A stretch of 63,631 nucleotides of DNA, counting the filler. It is 13 parts of 13 records of this genome, joined end to end, with 100 filler letters (N's around TTAATTAATTAA, not from the genome) between each part and the next. Parts side by side here need not be neighbours in the genome. Positions count along the whole stretch, not along the records: positions 59,315 to 63,631 come from SRR7504441_9684; 12 more parts are not named here. One strand, 5' to 3'. The position numbers and the translations under genes are program-made. The notes under the pieces were generated by a model. That model was not told the origin of the DNA and did not search any database. It was given only the letters and a program-made list of their open reading frames with translations. Shown here piece after piece: positions 63,400 through 63,631 of the stretch. Position 1 is the stretch's first letter. Every line of letters starts with the position of its first letter.

Positions 63400-63631
63400 G
63401 CGGACCCAACCGAAGCCTGCCTAAGTAGTGGCTAGACCACTCTCTAAATACTGTAGAGTGTGGGATTGAAGTACTTGTATAGAATAAGCTATTCTATACT
63501 ATTGTATTAACGCACCGTACGGCCATTGATCAGGCGCAAAATTCTAGAGACTATTGTAGGGTGGACCGGCCCTGCCGGATCTGCCGCTTGTCCCCAAGCA
63601 CTGCAGCCTTGTAGAACGGCCAGCCCGCCAC

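Overview
This window is not one locus. It is 13 short contigs from a compact, GC-rich eukaryotic (protist-like) genome, joined by artificial 100-nt N44-TTAATTAATTAA-N44 linkers, so neighbourhood only means something within a contig. Genes are densely packed, often head-to-head, and split by very short spliceosomal introns (mostly 38-41 nt, GT-AG and some GC-AG). Recognisable products are a GH27 alpha-galactosidase, a PP2C, an NHL-BTB protein, VWA8, PCNA, a divergent CSN5-like JAMM protein, an EGF plus beta-propeller glycosidase, V-ATPase subunit a, a tandem MerT/HMA-like metal transporter, a TrmY-like SPOUT methyltransferase, a sterol desaturase-family enzyme, an LRR protein, a PhyH-like dioxygenase, PP2A-B55, MFS and amino-acid transporters, a Kelch protein, an ANK-RING ligase, CstF-50, a roughly 2,900-aa orphan, a BEACH-family protein, a TOM2A-like tetraspanin, a DEAH helicase and a multidomain GH32/sialidase-like protein. 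The standout is a gene the ORF track breaks into pieces (21193-21810, minus strand). It is an O6-alkylguanine-DNA alkyltransferase domain fused to a DUF3253-like domain. In-frame TGA codons sit exactly at the catalytic Cys (P-U-HRV) and at the conserved DUF3253 Cys (C-U-PSEVAR), and a near-textbook eukaryotic SECIS hairpin lies just after the true TAG stop. This is a candidate two-selenocysteine DNA-repair selenoprotein. All assignments were made by eye from motifs; no database searches were run.
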